Positions 29,893 through 43,779 are shown, counted from the stretch's first letter. The stretch is 64,000 nucleotides of DNA from Chrysomallon squamiferum (GCA_012295275.1 CM022669.1:1302001-1366000); one strand, 5' to 3'. Notes: a model not told the origin generated them from the letters alone. Translations and numbers: made by a program.

Positions 29893-32037
29893 TATGCATC
29901 GTGCTATATTAAATGTGTGCTTTGTGTTATAGTGAATGTATGTATGGTTGTATAGTGAATGTATACATTGTGTTATAGTGGATGTATACATTGTGTTATA
30001 GTGAATGTATGTATGGTTGTATAGTGAATGTATACATTATGTTATAGTGGATGTATACATTGTGTTATAGTGAATGTATGTATGGTGGTATAGTGAATGT
30101 ATGCATTGTTTTATAGTGAATGTATACATTGTGTTATAGTGAATGTGTGTATTGTGTTATAGTGAATGTGTACATTGTGTTATAGTCAATGTGCACATTA
30201 TGTTATAGTGAATGTGTGCATTGTGTTATAGTGAATGGGTGCATTGTGTTATAGTGAATGCATGTATGGTTATATAGTGAATGTGTACATTGTATTACAG
30301 TGAATGTGTACATTGTATTATAGTGAGTATGTGTATTCTGTCATAGTGAATGTATGTATTGTTGTATAGTGAATGTGTACATTGTGTTATAATGAATGCA
30401 TACATTGTATTATAGTGAATGTGTACATTCTGTCATAGTGAATGTATGTATGATTGTATAGTGAATGTATGCATTGCGTTATAGTGAATATGTGTATACT
30501 GTTATAGTGAATGTATGTATTCTGTTATAGTGAATGTATGTATGGTTGTAGAGTGAATGTGTACATTGTGTTATATTGAATGTGTACATTGTATTATAGT
30601 GAATGTGTACATTGTGTTATAGTGAATGTATACATTGTGTTATAGTGAATGTATGTATGGTTGTATAGTGTATGAGTACATTGTGTTATAGTTAATGTGT
30701 ACATTGTATTATAGTGAATGTGTACATTGTGTTCTAGTGAAAGTGTGCATTGTGTTAGAGTCAATGGTGTACATTGTGTTATAGTGAATCTGTACATTGT
30801 GTTATAGTGAATGTATGTATGGTTGTATAGTGAATGTGTACGTTGATTTATAGTGAATGTATGTATGGTTGTATAGTGAATGTGTACATTGTGTTATAGT
30901 GAATGTGTGCATTGTGTTATAGTGAATGTGTATCTTGTTTTATAGTGAATGTGTATCTTGTGTTATAGTGAAAGTATACATTGTGTTATAGTGAATGTGT
31001 ACATTGTGTTATAGTGAATGTATACATTGTGTTATAGTGAATGTATGTATGGTTGTATAGTGTATGAGTATATTGTGTTATAGTGAATGTGTACACTGTA
31101 GTATAGTGAATGTGTACAGTGTGTTATAGTGAATGTGTACACTGTGTTATAGTGAATGTGCACATTCTGTTATAGTGAATGTGTGTATACTGTTATAGTG
31201 AGTGTGTACGTTGTGTTATAGTGAATGTGTACATTGTGTTATAGTGAATGTATACATTGTGTTATAGTGAATGTGTGTATGGTTGTATAGTGAATGTATA
31301 CATTGTGTTATAGTGAATGTGTACATTGTGTTATAGTGAGTGTGTACATTGTGTTATAGTGGATGTGTACATTGTGTTATAGTGAGTGTGTACATTGTGT
31401 TATAGGGAATGTGTACATAGTATTATAGTGAGTGTGTACATTGTGTTATAGTGAATGTGTGCATTGTGTTATAGTGAATGTGTGCATTGCGTTATAGTGA
31501 ATGTGTGCATTGTGTTATAGTGAATGTGTGCATTGTGTTATAGTGAGTGTGTGCATTGTGTTATAGTGTATGTGACCATTGTGTTATAGTGAATGTGTAC
31601 ATTGTATTATAGTGAGTGTGTACATTGTGTTATAGTGTATGTGACCATTGTGTTATAGTGAATGTGTACATTGTATTATAGTGAGTGTGTACGTTGTGTT
31701 ATAGTGAATGTGTGCATTGTGTTATAGTGAATATGTGCATTGTGTTATAGTGAATGTGTGCATTGTGTTATAGTGAATGTGTGCATTGTGTTATAGTGGA
31801 TGTGTACATTGTGTTATAGTGAATATGTACATTGTGTTATAGTGAATGTATACATTGTGTTATAGTGAATGTGACCATTCTGTTATAGTGAATGTTTAGA
31901 TTGTTTTGTACATTCTGTTATAGTGAATGTGTTCATTGTGTTATAGTGAATGTATGTTTGATGTTATAATGAATGTATGCATTGTGTTATATTAAATGTA
32001 TGCATTGTGTTATATTAAATGTATGCATTGCGGTATA
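29893..32037. repeat. 23-bp minisatellite (~90 copies)
   Basis: Consensus CATTGTGTTATAGTGAATGTGTA, with a recurrent TGGTTGTATAGTGAATGTATGTA-type variant. Confidence 0.96.
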
Positions 32038-32306
32038 GAAGCAGGAGCCAATCCCTTATCTCTAGTCGCCAAAATGGCTTAGGATGGGACAAATGTCAGC
32101 AGTGAAACAGGTAATATCAGACGAGCATCGAGTTAAGCATTTGAAGACATGATAGCAGCACCCGAGTAACTAACATAATCTTATGTTAACAGCTAACATA
32201 TTTCTCAACATAACTCGTTAAAATTTAGTGCTTTGGTAATTGTATTACCCATCAATTACTAAACCGATATTTACCGGTATTTAAATAACGGTTTTCGAAC
32301 CCTAAA

Positions 32307-32612
32307 GTATACACTGTCTTATAGAGAATGTATAGACAGTGTATGTATACACTGTGTTATAACTAATGTATACAGTGTGTTATAACCAATGTATAAGCAA
32401 GTATGTATACACTGCGTTATAACGAATGTATAAACAAGTATGTATACACTGCGTTATAACGAATGTATAAACAATGTATGTATACACTGTGCTGTAACGA
32501 ATGTATAAACAATGTATATATACACTGCGATATAAAGAATGTATAAACAGTATATGTATACACTGCGTTATACCGAATGTATAAACAAGTATGTATACAG
32601 TGTGTGTACAGT
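32307..32612. repeat. 37-38-bp minisatellite (~7-8 copies)
   Basis: Consensus GTATGTATACACTGCGTTATAACGAATGTATAAACAA. Confidence 0.9.
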
Positions 32613-33287
32613 GATATAAGAAAATATAAATATTAGTTAACGTGTGGATGTAGTGAGATATTGTTAGGTACTGACTGTTTTAGATATTTGTATAGATACT
32701 GACTTTTTGTTAGAAATCACTTCATTAATGACTTAATAACCTTAGAACAAATGAAAACGAAGTTTGTGTATAGATGTTTAACATTATAAATACCTTACTA
32801 TGTATGTATATGGATATGTGTGTGTGTGTGTGTGTTTGTGCTTTCTAATTATAAACTCATATTAAAACATTCTTAAAGTCACTAACCTCCCAGCCTCTCC
32901 CCTTTTTAATCTTACCGTTATTATGCCCAGGTAATTTATATTCCTAGCAACCAAAGTATGCAGACAGCATTAGTTGATAGAATGAAAACGTTTTGTTACA
33001 GATGTACAGTCGGACGGACAATCGAGGCCATTAGTATACGATATTACGTCACTGATAACGTCACACAAAACTAATATGGCACCTGATAACAAGAAGGAAG
33101 GAAAACACGTTACGTCAGAGTAAAGTTTGCGGATTACGTAATTTGAAAGCGGAGGTTTGCAGACGGGGGTAGAATGTCAGCCACAAACGAAAGGTTATCA
33201 CGTGAATCTTTGTTACTAGGCCAGGATAATCTTCCGGAGTGCTGGATTTAAAAAAAAAAAGTTTTATGATTTAATGTTTGATTAATC

Positions 33288-33428
33288 AAACAGTTAGAAT
33301 ATAAATACGTTAGTAAACAGTTAGAATATAAATACGTTAGTAAACAGTTAGAATATAAACACGTTAGTAAACAGTTAGAATATAAACACATTACCAAACA
33401 GTTAAAATATAAATATATTACAAAACGA
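33288..33428. repeat. 27-bp minisatellite (~5 copies)
   Basis: Unit AAACAGTTAGAATATAAATACGTTAGT. Confidence 0.9.
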
Positions 33429-33977
33429 TACAGGATTAAAAAAAAATCATGCAGTCCAATGCAATTGCAAAAGATAAAGACAGAATGAAAGAATAAATGC
33501 ATAAAAGATACGTGAAAACTGGCTAATACAGGGATCATTTAAACTACCATCATTTGAACAATAAGGTAAAAAAAAAAAAAAAAATAAAAACACAAAACAA
33601 CCAAACAAGCAAACAAACAAAAGCTATACATTTAGTCACTGACTTTGTTTTATTTTTGTAGATTTGTTTTCTTCTTTTGTGTACTCAAGAAAACAAAGAC
33701 ACCGCTGTTGTAGAGGAAGTGATACACTGTCTAAAACCTGACCTCTGACCTTTGTGTAACTTGTGGTTTACCTGTCAAGTGTTTTTCGTGAGAAACTTGA
33801 TCTTGGTCACAGTCGCTGTTGGTTTATGACGTCATAGTCAGGAATAGCGCCTGAGTCGCTGTGTAACACAACTAACAGCTGAAAGTTTTTAATATTAGCT
33901 TTGACGTCAGTATGCTGTTTGTCATATCAAAACGTTGTCAAAAATTACCTCATACACACACAGACACACACACACAA

Positions 33978-34014
<37 letters not shown>

Positions 34015-34032
34015 TACATATATACATACACA

Positions 34033-36721
34033 TACAGTGTAAGTGATTGTACAGTATAAGTTATTCTACAGTATAAACGATTGTAGAGTATAAGGGATTG
34101 TACAATGTAAGGGATTGTACAGTGTAAGTGATTGTACAGTGTAAGTGATTGTACAGTGTATATGATTGCACAGTGTATTTGACTGTACAGTGTATTTGAC
34201 TCTACAGTGAAAGTTATTGTACAATGGAAGTGTTTGTACAGTCTAAGTGATTGTACAGTGTAAGTCATTGTACAGTGTAAATGATTGCACAATGTAAGTG
34301 ATTTTACAGTAAAAATGAGTGTACAGTGTAAGTGATTGTATAGTGTAAGTGATTGTACAGTGTAAGTGAGTGTACAGTGTAAGTGATTGTATAGTGTAAG
34401 TGATTGTACAGTGTAAGTGATTGTATAGTGTAAGTGATTGTATAGTGTAAGTGATTGTACAGTGTAAGATTGTACAGTGCAAGTGATTGTACAGTGTAAG
34501 TGATTGTACAGAGTAAGACTATACAGTGTAAGTGATTGTACAGAGTAAGTGATTGTACAGTGTAAGTGATTGTATAGTGTAAGTGACTGTACAGTGTAAG
34601 ATTGTATAGTATAAGATTGTACAGTGTAAGTGATTGTATAGTGTAAGTGATTGTACAGTGTAAGATTGTACAGTGTAATATTGTACAGTGTAAGTGATTG
34701 TACAGTGTAAGACTGTACAGTGTAAGTGATTGTACAGTGTAAGTGATTGTACAGTGTAAGTGATTGTATAGTGTAAGTGACTGTACAGTGTAAGATTGTA
34801 CAGTGTAAGATTGTACAGTGTAAGATTGTATAGTGTAAGTGATTGTACAGTGTAAGATTGTACAGTGTAAGATTGTACAGTGTAAGTGACTGTACAGTGT
34901 AAGATTGTATAGTGTAAGTGACTGTACAGTGTAAGATTGTATAGTGTAAGTGACTGTACAGTGTAAGATTGTATAGTGTAAGCGATTGTATAGTGTGATT
35001 GTATAGTGTAAGTGATTGTACAGTGTAAGTGATTGTATAGTGTAAGTGATTGTACAGTGTAAGTGATTGTACAGTATAAGATTGTACAGTGTAAGATTGT
35101 ATAGTGTAAGTGATTGTACAGTGAAAGTTTGTACAGTGTAAGATTGTACAGTGTAAGTGATTGTATAGTGTAAGTGATTGTACAGTGTAAGTGATTGTAC
35201 AGTGTAAGTGATTGTACAGTGTAAGATTGTACAGTGTAAGATTGTACCGTGTAAGTGATTGTACAGTGTAAGTGATTGTATAGTGTAAGTGATTGTATAG
35301 TGTAAGTGACTGTACAGTGTAAGATTGTACAGTATAAGATTGTACAGTGTAACTGATTGTATAGTGTAAGTGATTGTACAGTGTAAGATTGTACAGTGTA
35401 AGTGATTGTATAGTGTAAGATTGTACAGTGTAAGTGATTGTATAGTGTAAGATTGTACAGTGTAAGTGATTGTATAGTGTAAGATTGTACAGTGTAAGTG
35501 ATTGTACAGTGTAAGATTGTACAGTGTAAGATGGTACAGTTTAAGATTGTATAGTGTAAGTGATTGTACAGTGTAAGATTGTACAGTGTAAGATTGTACA
35601 GTGTAAGTGATTGTATAGTGTAAGTGATTGTACAGTGTAAGTGATTGTACAGTGTAAGATTGTACAGTGTAAGATTGTACAGTGTAAGATTGTACAGTGT
35701 AAGTGATTGTACAGTGTAAGTGATTGTATAGTGTAAGTGATTGTATAGTGTAAGTGATTGTACAGTGTAAGATTGTACAGTATAAGATTGTACAGTGTAA
35801 CTGATTGTATAGTGTAAGTGATTGTACAGTGTAAGATTGTACAGTGTAAGTGATTGTACAGTGTAAGTGATTGTATAGTGTAAGATTGTACCGTGTAAGT
35901 GATTGTACAGTGTAAGTGATTGTATAGTGTAAGTGATTGTATAGTGTAAGTGACTGTACAGTGTAAGATTGTACAGTATAAGATTGTACAGTGTATCTGA
36001 TTGTATAGTGTAAGTGATTGTACAGTGTAAGATTGTACAGTGTAAGTGACTGTACAGTGTAAGTGATTGTATAGTGTAAGTGATTGTACAGTGTAAGATT
36101 GTACAGTGCAAGTGACTGTACAGTCTAAGTGATTGTATAGTGTAAGTGATTGTACAGTGTAAGTGATTGTACAGTATAAGATTGTACAGTGTAAGTTTGT
36201 ACAGTGTAAGATTGTACAGTGTAAGTTTGTACAGTGTAAGATTGTACAGTGTAAGTGATTGTATAGTGTAAGTGATTGTACAGTGTAAGATTGTACAGTG
36301 TAAGATTGTGTACAGTGTAAGTGATTGTATAGTGTAAATGATTGTACAGTGTAAGTTTGTACAGTGTAAGATTGTACAGTGTAAGTGATTGTATAGTGTG
36401 AGTGATTGTACAGTGTAAGTGATTGTATAGTGTAAGATTGTACAGTGTAAGATTGTACAGTGTAAGTGATTGTATAGTGTAAGTGATTGTACAGTGTAAG
36501 ATTGTACAGTGTAAATGATTGTATAGTGTAAAATTGTACAATGTAAGATTTTACAGTATAAGTGATTGTATAGTGTAAGATTGTACAGTATAAGTGATTG
36601 TACAGTGTAAGTGATTGTACAGGGTAGATGATTGTACAATGTAAGATTGTACAGTGTAAGTGATTGTACATTGTAGATGATTGTACAACGTAAGATTGTA
36701 CAATGGAAGTGTTTGTACAGT
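34033..36721. repeat. Minisatellite of interspersed 17-bp and 15-bp units (~165 units)
   Basis: Units GTAAGTGATTGTAYAGT (17 bp) and GTAAGATTGTAYAGT (15 bp). The minus strand of the unit has no stop triplets, which explains the 747-aa and 400-aa ORFs. Confidence 0.96.
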
Positions 36722-37092
36722 ATTCGTGGTGACCTGGGCTCACTGTTACTGATCACTAACACGCAACCTTTCAGTATTAATCACGTGACCTCGTTCCGGT
36801 GAAATGAACTGCGATCTTGTTAAGATGATAATTTTGATAATCTGTAGACGTAATCCGAAATTTATTGTTCTCTCGCATTAACCGTCACAAGGGAAAATGT
36901 CAGAAAGTGCGTGCCAGAGCCCATTATTTATAAAATACATATTTTATCATCACGATCTTCGCTTTATGGTAAATGATAAAAAGAAAATGTTTAATACCAC
37001 GGATGATATACAAACGAGCAAATTGCGTTTGTTTTACTACTATATCAAAGTATTATAATGTTGCACATCAACATATTCTTATTTATTTGTTT

Positions 37093-37094
<2 letters not shown>

Positions 37095-37184
<90 letters not shown>

Positions 37185-37205
37185 GTGTATGTACATGTAT
37201 ATGTA
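37095..37205. repeat. (CT)n(AT)n(GTAT)n compound microsatellite
   Basis: Adjacent runs. Confidence 0.93.
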
Positions 37206-38693
37206 TACTTTGTTTTTATAATTTTTACAATTATTATTTTGTTGTTTTTTAATCTTTTCTTTCTTTCTTTCATTCATTTTTGTGGATCGTTTTTTTTTTT
37301 TTATGTTGTTAATAAAAACAATGACAACAGATTAAACCAAATAAAATAAAATAAAATAAAATAAAATAAAATAAAATATGTGAATTTCTTAGGCTTTTTT
37401 TAAAACAAAAATTAATCAGGGTTCTTTAAAATGTTTCAAACACAAGCAAGAAAAGTCTTTTTTATCTGTGACGTACTGATTTTTTTATTTCTGTTTTCCT
37501 TGCTTATCAAGCTGGTTGAGAGAGAAAAACGCTCTGTAAAGAGTGTTGTATGAATAATGCAGGCGAGGAAGGAATATGCATGAAGCGAACGTCAAAAACA
37601 CCAGCATTGATCCCAAACCATTTTGCAGAAGCCATCGAATCTGGATAATGTCTCCGTTTACAAATGAATTATTTTGGCAAGTCTACCTCCGGGTCGAGCC
37701 AGTGAGAGCGAGTAATACTCTTTAATTGGTCGTCTCTGTGGTCAGCTAGCGTTGCTTCTCGCTTTGGGCTAATTACTCAACATCCATAAAAGCCGGACCG
37801 GAGAGACTGTTCGGAATAAAACTGATCCCGCGACGACGTAAAAATTTGCATATGTTTTTCCATGCCGACTGCTCCGGACATTTCTCTGTGCGGTACAGAC
37901 ATGTGTTGTGTTTAGTAAACTCCTCGCAGTTCAACCGACTCGCCAGTAAGTCTTCTTGATTGTGCTGCCAAAGATGTCTAATAAATTTAAACTGTTCTCC
38001 ATTCTTGTGGTCCTGTGTGTCTCTTTACAATAAACAGAGTGTGTCGGAGCAAACTGGTACAGTGAACTTGTCATTAATTTGTCTGTCAGGACGTCCAGGT
38101 AGTTGAGGAGAGAGTGGGGTATGCTGCAGCGAAATTACTCCTATCAGATTAATGTCTGGTGGCTATCTACATAACAATAAAATTAAAATAAAGATACACA
38201 CACACACACACACACACTCATACACACACACACACACACACATACACACTCATACACACACACACACACTCACACACACACATGAAGAATTTTGATCCAG
38301 TATGATTTAAATTTCAAAAAATTGTTTGTGATACAGGAATTATTAAACTGAATGAAGAAAAATAATAATAATAAAAAATAAAAAATACATAAATAAATAA
38401 ATAATAAATCAATAAATAAATAAATAAATAAATAAATAATACTGACACAGCTGGGTAGTGGCTGCATCGGGGTGGGGGGGCGGTGAGACTGTTTCTCGGG
38501 AGTTGATGTATGTAAAGACACAGAAATGTACAAATATCTCTTTCAAGTGTTTACACACTTGTCTCTGTGTGTGTGCAGGAGAACGAGTTCATATATTAAT
38601 TTCATAAATAAAATAACTGTAAATCTTGTTTATTTTCTTAAACAAAAAACAGATAAATTATAACAGTTACAGAGAGCGCTCGGGCAGAAACTC

Positions 38694-39830
38694 GCATATT
38701 TAAATACTCACAGGCAAACATGTAGAACATTTAAATACAGACATACATGTATGCACATTTAAATACAGACATACATGCATGTACGCACATTTAAATACAG
38801 ACATACATGTACGCACATTTAAATACTCACAGACATGTACGCACATTTAAATACAGACATACATGTATGCACATTTAAATACAGACATACATACATGTAT
38901 GCACATTTAAATACAGACATGCATGTACGCACATTTAAATACAGACATGTACGCACATTTAAATACAGACATGTACGCACATTTAAATACAGACATGTAC
39001 GCACATTTAAATACAGACATGTACGCACATTTAAATACAGACATGTATGCATATTTAAATACAGACATACATGTACGCACATTTAAATACAGACATACAT
39101 GTACGCACATTTAAATACAGACATACATGTACGCACATTTAAATACAGACATACATGTACGCACATTTAAATACTCACAGACACACATGTACGCACATTT
39201 AAATACAGACATACATGTATGCACATTTAAATACAGACATACATGTACGCACATTTAAATACTCACAGACATACATGTACGCACATTTAAATACTCACAT
39301 ACAGACAAATACATGTATGCATATTTAAAATACATGTACGCACATTTAAATACTCACAGAAATACATGTATGCAGATTTAAATACAGACATACATCAATC
39401 AAATGCACATTTAAATACAGACATATATGTATGCACATTTAAATACTCACAGAAAACATGTATGCATATTTAAATACTCACAAACAAACATTTAAATACA
39501 GACATACATGTACATTTTAAATACACAGACATAGATGTATGCACATTTAAATACATACATGTACAAACATTCAAATGTATGTATGCACATTTAAATACTC
39601 AAAGAAATACATGTATGCATTCATTCAAATGCACTTTAAATACATATATGTATGCACATTCAAATACTCACAAACATGTATGCATATTTAAAAACTCACA
39701 GAAATACATGTATGCACATTCAAATACTCAAAGACATACATGTATGCACATTCAAATACTCAAAGACATACATGTATGCACATTCAAATACTCACAAAAA
39801 TACATGTATGCACATTCAAATACTCACATG
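38694..39830. repeat. Minisatellite with 24/28/32-bp units
   Basis: Core GCACATTTAAATACAGACATGTAC with optional ACAT and ACTC 4-bp inserts; drifts to CACATTCAAATACTC toward the 3' end. Confidence 0.94.
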
Positions 39831-40511
39831 TTAAAATATATCATAAAAGAGAGATAAAAAAAAAATGGGCATGGAAAAAATACACATCAGTAAGTAAATA
39901 AATTTCGGTTCATTGTTGTACTTATCACGAAAATCTACGGACTTTCCCGACGTCTGGTGTAGTGCGAACAGTTCTGTTGTCGATACGTTCAGCTAGTCGT
40001 TGTTTTGGGAAGCATGACAGGTGCAAACATCTTTGTTTCACAAGATTACAACCTGGCCAGAATAAACCAGTTCACCTTCTGTAATTTATTTCAATTACAC
40101 AGCAGTGCTGTGACAAAGACATGTTAACCGATATTTTTCATACAGCTTGCTGATTTATTTATTTATTTTAAACAGGATTAAATCAGCTTTCATTCACATG
40201 AATGACGAACACAGTCTGAAGGGTAAAAGAGACCCCGAACGGGAAAACGACATCATCATCATCGTCATCGTCATCATCATTATGACTACCATTATCATTA
40301 TTATTATCATCATCATCATCGTCATCATTTTTGTATTTGTGTGCTCTTTTCTTGTCTCTCTGTCTGATGAATTGTCTTTTAACAAACAGTTTTATTCTGT
40401 TTTCTTTCTACCTGGTTGTAAAATGATTTATTTACAGAAAATAATGAACAAAAGTATTTGATACAAGTTACTGACTGGCAAATAATGTACAATATAGACA
40501 GCTATAATAAC

Positions 40512-40618
<107 letters not shown>

Positions 40619-41948
40619 ACGTGCTGTACTGTTCCGCTATAATTAGGTTTGATACAAAAATCGAAATAACATTTACATGACAAGAAAACAGTGTTGACTG
40701 GTCATCGATATTTCGAATTTTAGTATTAGAAAAGTTAAATATTTGGGATTCTATAATTCCACAATTAGAGAAAATTCATTGAATTTTTGATATTTTCAAT
40801 TATCTGATCATAATTGTCGTATAATGTTCTTTAAACATGCATAAATTGCATCATAGTATGACGTCATGATTACCGCTATTGAATATTTATGCAAATAATT
40901 GAACAGACGGAACGAAGTTATATAATTAAATCTTTAATATGCAAACGAGAGGAATAAATGACGTCAGAATATTCTTGTAACATTCAGTTTGACCTTTAAC
41001 ATAATACCAATGTAGTGACGTCACAGATTACTTGAATTGCAATTGCTGACGATCAGAAATATGTTGACTGTACCGTATGACTTTCAGTATATGTCTGTGA
41101 GATGTTTGACGCTGTATGAAGCTAACTGATGGCTGGTCTGTACAGCGGAGGACACAAGTATCACTTACTTGAGTGGATTTAGATTAAAAGCATCCCGCCA
41201 TGCTTTTATACAAAAACATTAAAACTTGCCCCCCAACCCTTTGGACTGTTGACAAAACAAATCAAGTGGTATTTGGAAATATACTCTAAGTGTTCATTAG
41301 AAAAAGCACGTCAATATATCGATCCATAATTACACAAATCATTCATTCTAGCGGAGCGATCCAACTTGGTTTTCATTTTGCCAAATACAAATATAGAAGC
41401 AAGTCCCGCAGGCTCTAGAGCGACGCGATGGGTCAGTTGTATATTTTCTTACATCATAAATCAACAAATAATTTGGGTAGCTCGGAAAACAAATCGATTT
41501 CGCATAGAGAGAGCGCGCGCAAATATTGAATTAGTTTCAGTGGCTACGTCAATTTGGAACCTTTTTTTTATTTATTTCTTTTTCTTTCTTTTTTTTAATT
41601 CTTTCTTCTTTTTGATACATAGATAAATTCAATTCCTTTTACACTGTTCTTGCAAAATGATTTATTTTCAAATGATTTATTTGTGTCAGTGAATTGCGTC
41701 TGTATGTATGTGTCTGTGTCTGTGTGTGTTTGTATGTGTGTTATAATGTATATATTATATGTGTATACACGTGAGTATATAGTGTATGTATGTATGTATT
41801 TATGTATTATGTAATTATGTATGTATGTATGTATGTATGAGTTCATTTATGTGTGTTAATATGTTAAAATAGTTTTATTTAACGGAACATGAATTCCTAG
41901 TTTTCTTTTTCTTTTAATATTTACTTTGTGAAACAAAACCTCATTATG

Positions 41949-41990
<42 letters not shown>

Positions 41991-42309
41991 ATTATTAAAA
42001 AAACCTTGTAGTTTTAATCAGGAATATGTTGGCAAGAATCCTGGACATTTTTTACAGGTAGGTGTGGAGAAATAAAAAGTCAGGTGAATATCGGTACTTG
42101 TACGTGAGTGTAGAAAATGACCTTTCTGCACCACCAAATCTGCGAACTGAAATAATAATAATAGATAAACAGGAAGTAATTTTTTGAAAATAAATAAATA
42201 AAATAAACTAGGGACATGAACAAATAAGCAAATTAAAGAAACAGTAAAAAATAATAAAATCAAAATAATAAATAAAATACACACAAATATATACCCACAA
42301 ATAAAAAAA

Positions 42310-42348
<39 letters not shown>

Positions 42349-42616
42349 AATGAAATAAAAAATAGAAAATAAATTTTAAAAAAAACAACAACAACAAAAA
42401 AAAAAAAAACTATTAATATAATAAAATAAAAAAGTAATACTGTTTTAATAATATAAACAGATAACAATAATAAACCGAATAAATATATAAACAGAAAAAC
42501 AAAAGAACCGGAAAAAAAAATCTTTGGGAGAAATGTATTGTTATTGTTGCTATTAAAACAACTACTCCTACCACCATCACTACTACTGCTACTACTACTA
42601 CTATTAGTATTAATAC

Positions 42617-42670
<54 letters not shown>

Positions 42671-42738
42671 GAAGGAAGTGGAAAGGAGGAAAATCGTAAA
42701 AATATAAAAAATAAATACAGTATTCTATTAATAAAAAA

Positions 42739-42771
<33 letters not shown>

Positions 42772-43251
42772 ATGAGAAGATATAAAAATATGAAAGAAAG
42801 TAGGAAGGGAAAAGGAAAAAAAAATAAAAAAGAAAGATATATCTGTGTATTTTATAACGGTAATATTAAGTGATAAAAAATTTAAATATTTTCTCCGATG
42901 TGATAAGAGTTTCCGGTGGTAGCTGCTCAGTTAGGTGTAGGCATGTGAGTCGCTCGGCAAGAAACACAAATTTAAATATAACAGCTGCGTTACGCGCACT
43001 GGAGTGTGACTGAAATGTACACACAAAGCCTCCAAAATTAGTGCAGACCAAGTCAGTAACAAAGAGAACTGTTTTCGTAGCCATTTGCAGCTGGTAAATT
43101 CGAGATGTGTGATTTCAGTAGTTGTTTCCAACAATCCCCCCCCAGCCCACACCCCGTCCAGCTGGCCTTTGTGGCGGGTAAAAACGAGAAAGAAAAGATA
43201 AAAATAGCACTAAGTTCAATGTTTTCTATATCGTGACCTGTCAGAGTTCGA

Positions 43252-43359
43252 CCCCGCCTTCCAAGTTACTGTTAGCCAATGACAAACAGGGATTCCCAAA
43301 TAATAATCAAAGACGAGTGGAATCCTGGGAAATAAAATGACGTCAGCCTAGCCATATTG
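43252..43359 (+). promoter_or_regulatory. Putative mex3 proximal promoter (GC box, CCAAT, kB-like, TCF/LEF-like, CRE, YY1-like motifs)
   Basis: CCCCGCC 43252-43258, CCAAT 43276-43280, GGGATTCCC 43289-43297, ATCAAAG 43306-43312, TGACGTCA 43338-43345, GCCATATTG 43351-43359, clustered 160-270 bp upstream of the ATG. TSS not known. Confidence 0.55.
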
Positions 43360-43520
43360 CTTTTGTGCATTGTGAGACACGGAAGAAGGTTTTCAGGCTT
43401 TGTTTGACTCGATCCGTGCAGTTTGGTGGACGCACGAGGGATACGTGAAAGTATATATCGGCCGCCTCATGAGTTTTCGCATTAGTTTGCACGGATGTAC
43501 CGGCATTAGACAGCAGTGGA

Positions 43521-43779
43521 ATGCCAGCTAATATTTTCGCAGATATGAATGCCAACAGTGGCGGTGGCTTGGAAGACCAGCGCGCTTTGCAGTTGGCATT
43601 TGAGTTATCGCTACTTGGACTTAACGGAGACGACGACCCCCCAGCCTCCACGAGCCCCCCGCACTCCACGTCCCCGACGTCTGTGGACGATGCTGCCGCG
43701 AGGAAGAGGAGTGCGAACATGACAGAGTGTGTCCCCGTCCCCAGCTCGGAACACGTCGCGGAAATTGTGGGACGACAAG
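43521..43779 (+). CDS. mex3: MEX3-family RNA-binding protein, coding exon 1 (N-terminus, NES-like motif, first part of KH1)
   Basis: ATG at 43521 with an in-frame upstream TGA at 43470. Encodes MPANIFADM...[17 protein letters not shown] (resembles the MEX3 leucine-rich NES) and [21 protein letters not shown] (hallmark MEX3 KH1 start). Ends at CAAG|GTGAGA donor, phase 1. Confidence 0.95.

Noticed and set aside
34519-36762. 747-aa, 400-aa and 138-aa minus-strand ORFs (TVQSLTLYNHLHCTI repeats)
   Set aside because: Translation of a 17/15-bp minisatellite whose minus strand lacks stop triplets; open in several frames at once, with no domain signal.
38819-39114. Repeat ORFs (MYAHLNTD)n, (RTCLYLNV)n and similar, including the 56896-57423 ORFs
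   Set aside because: Frames through 24-bp and 36-bp tandem repeats on both strands.
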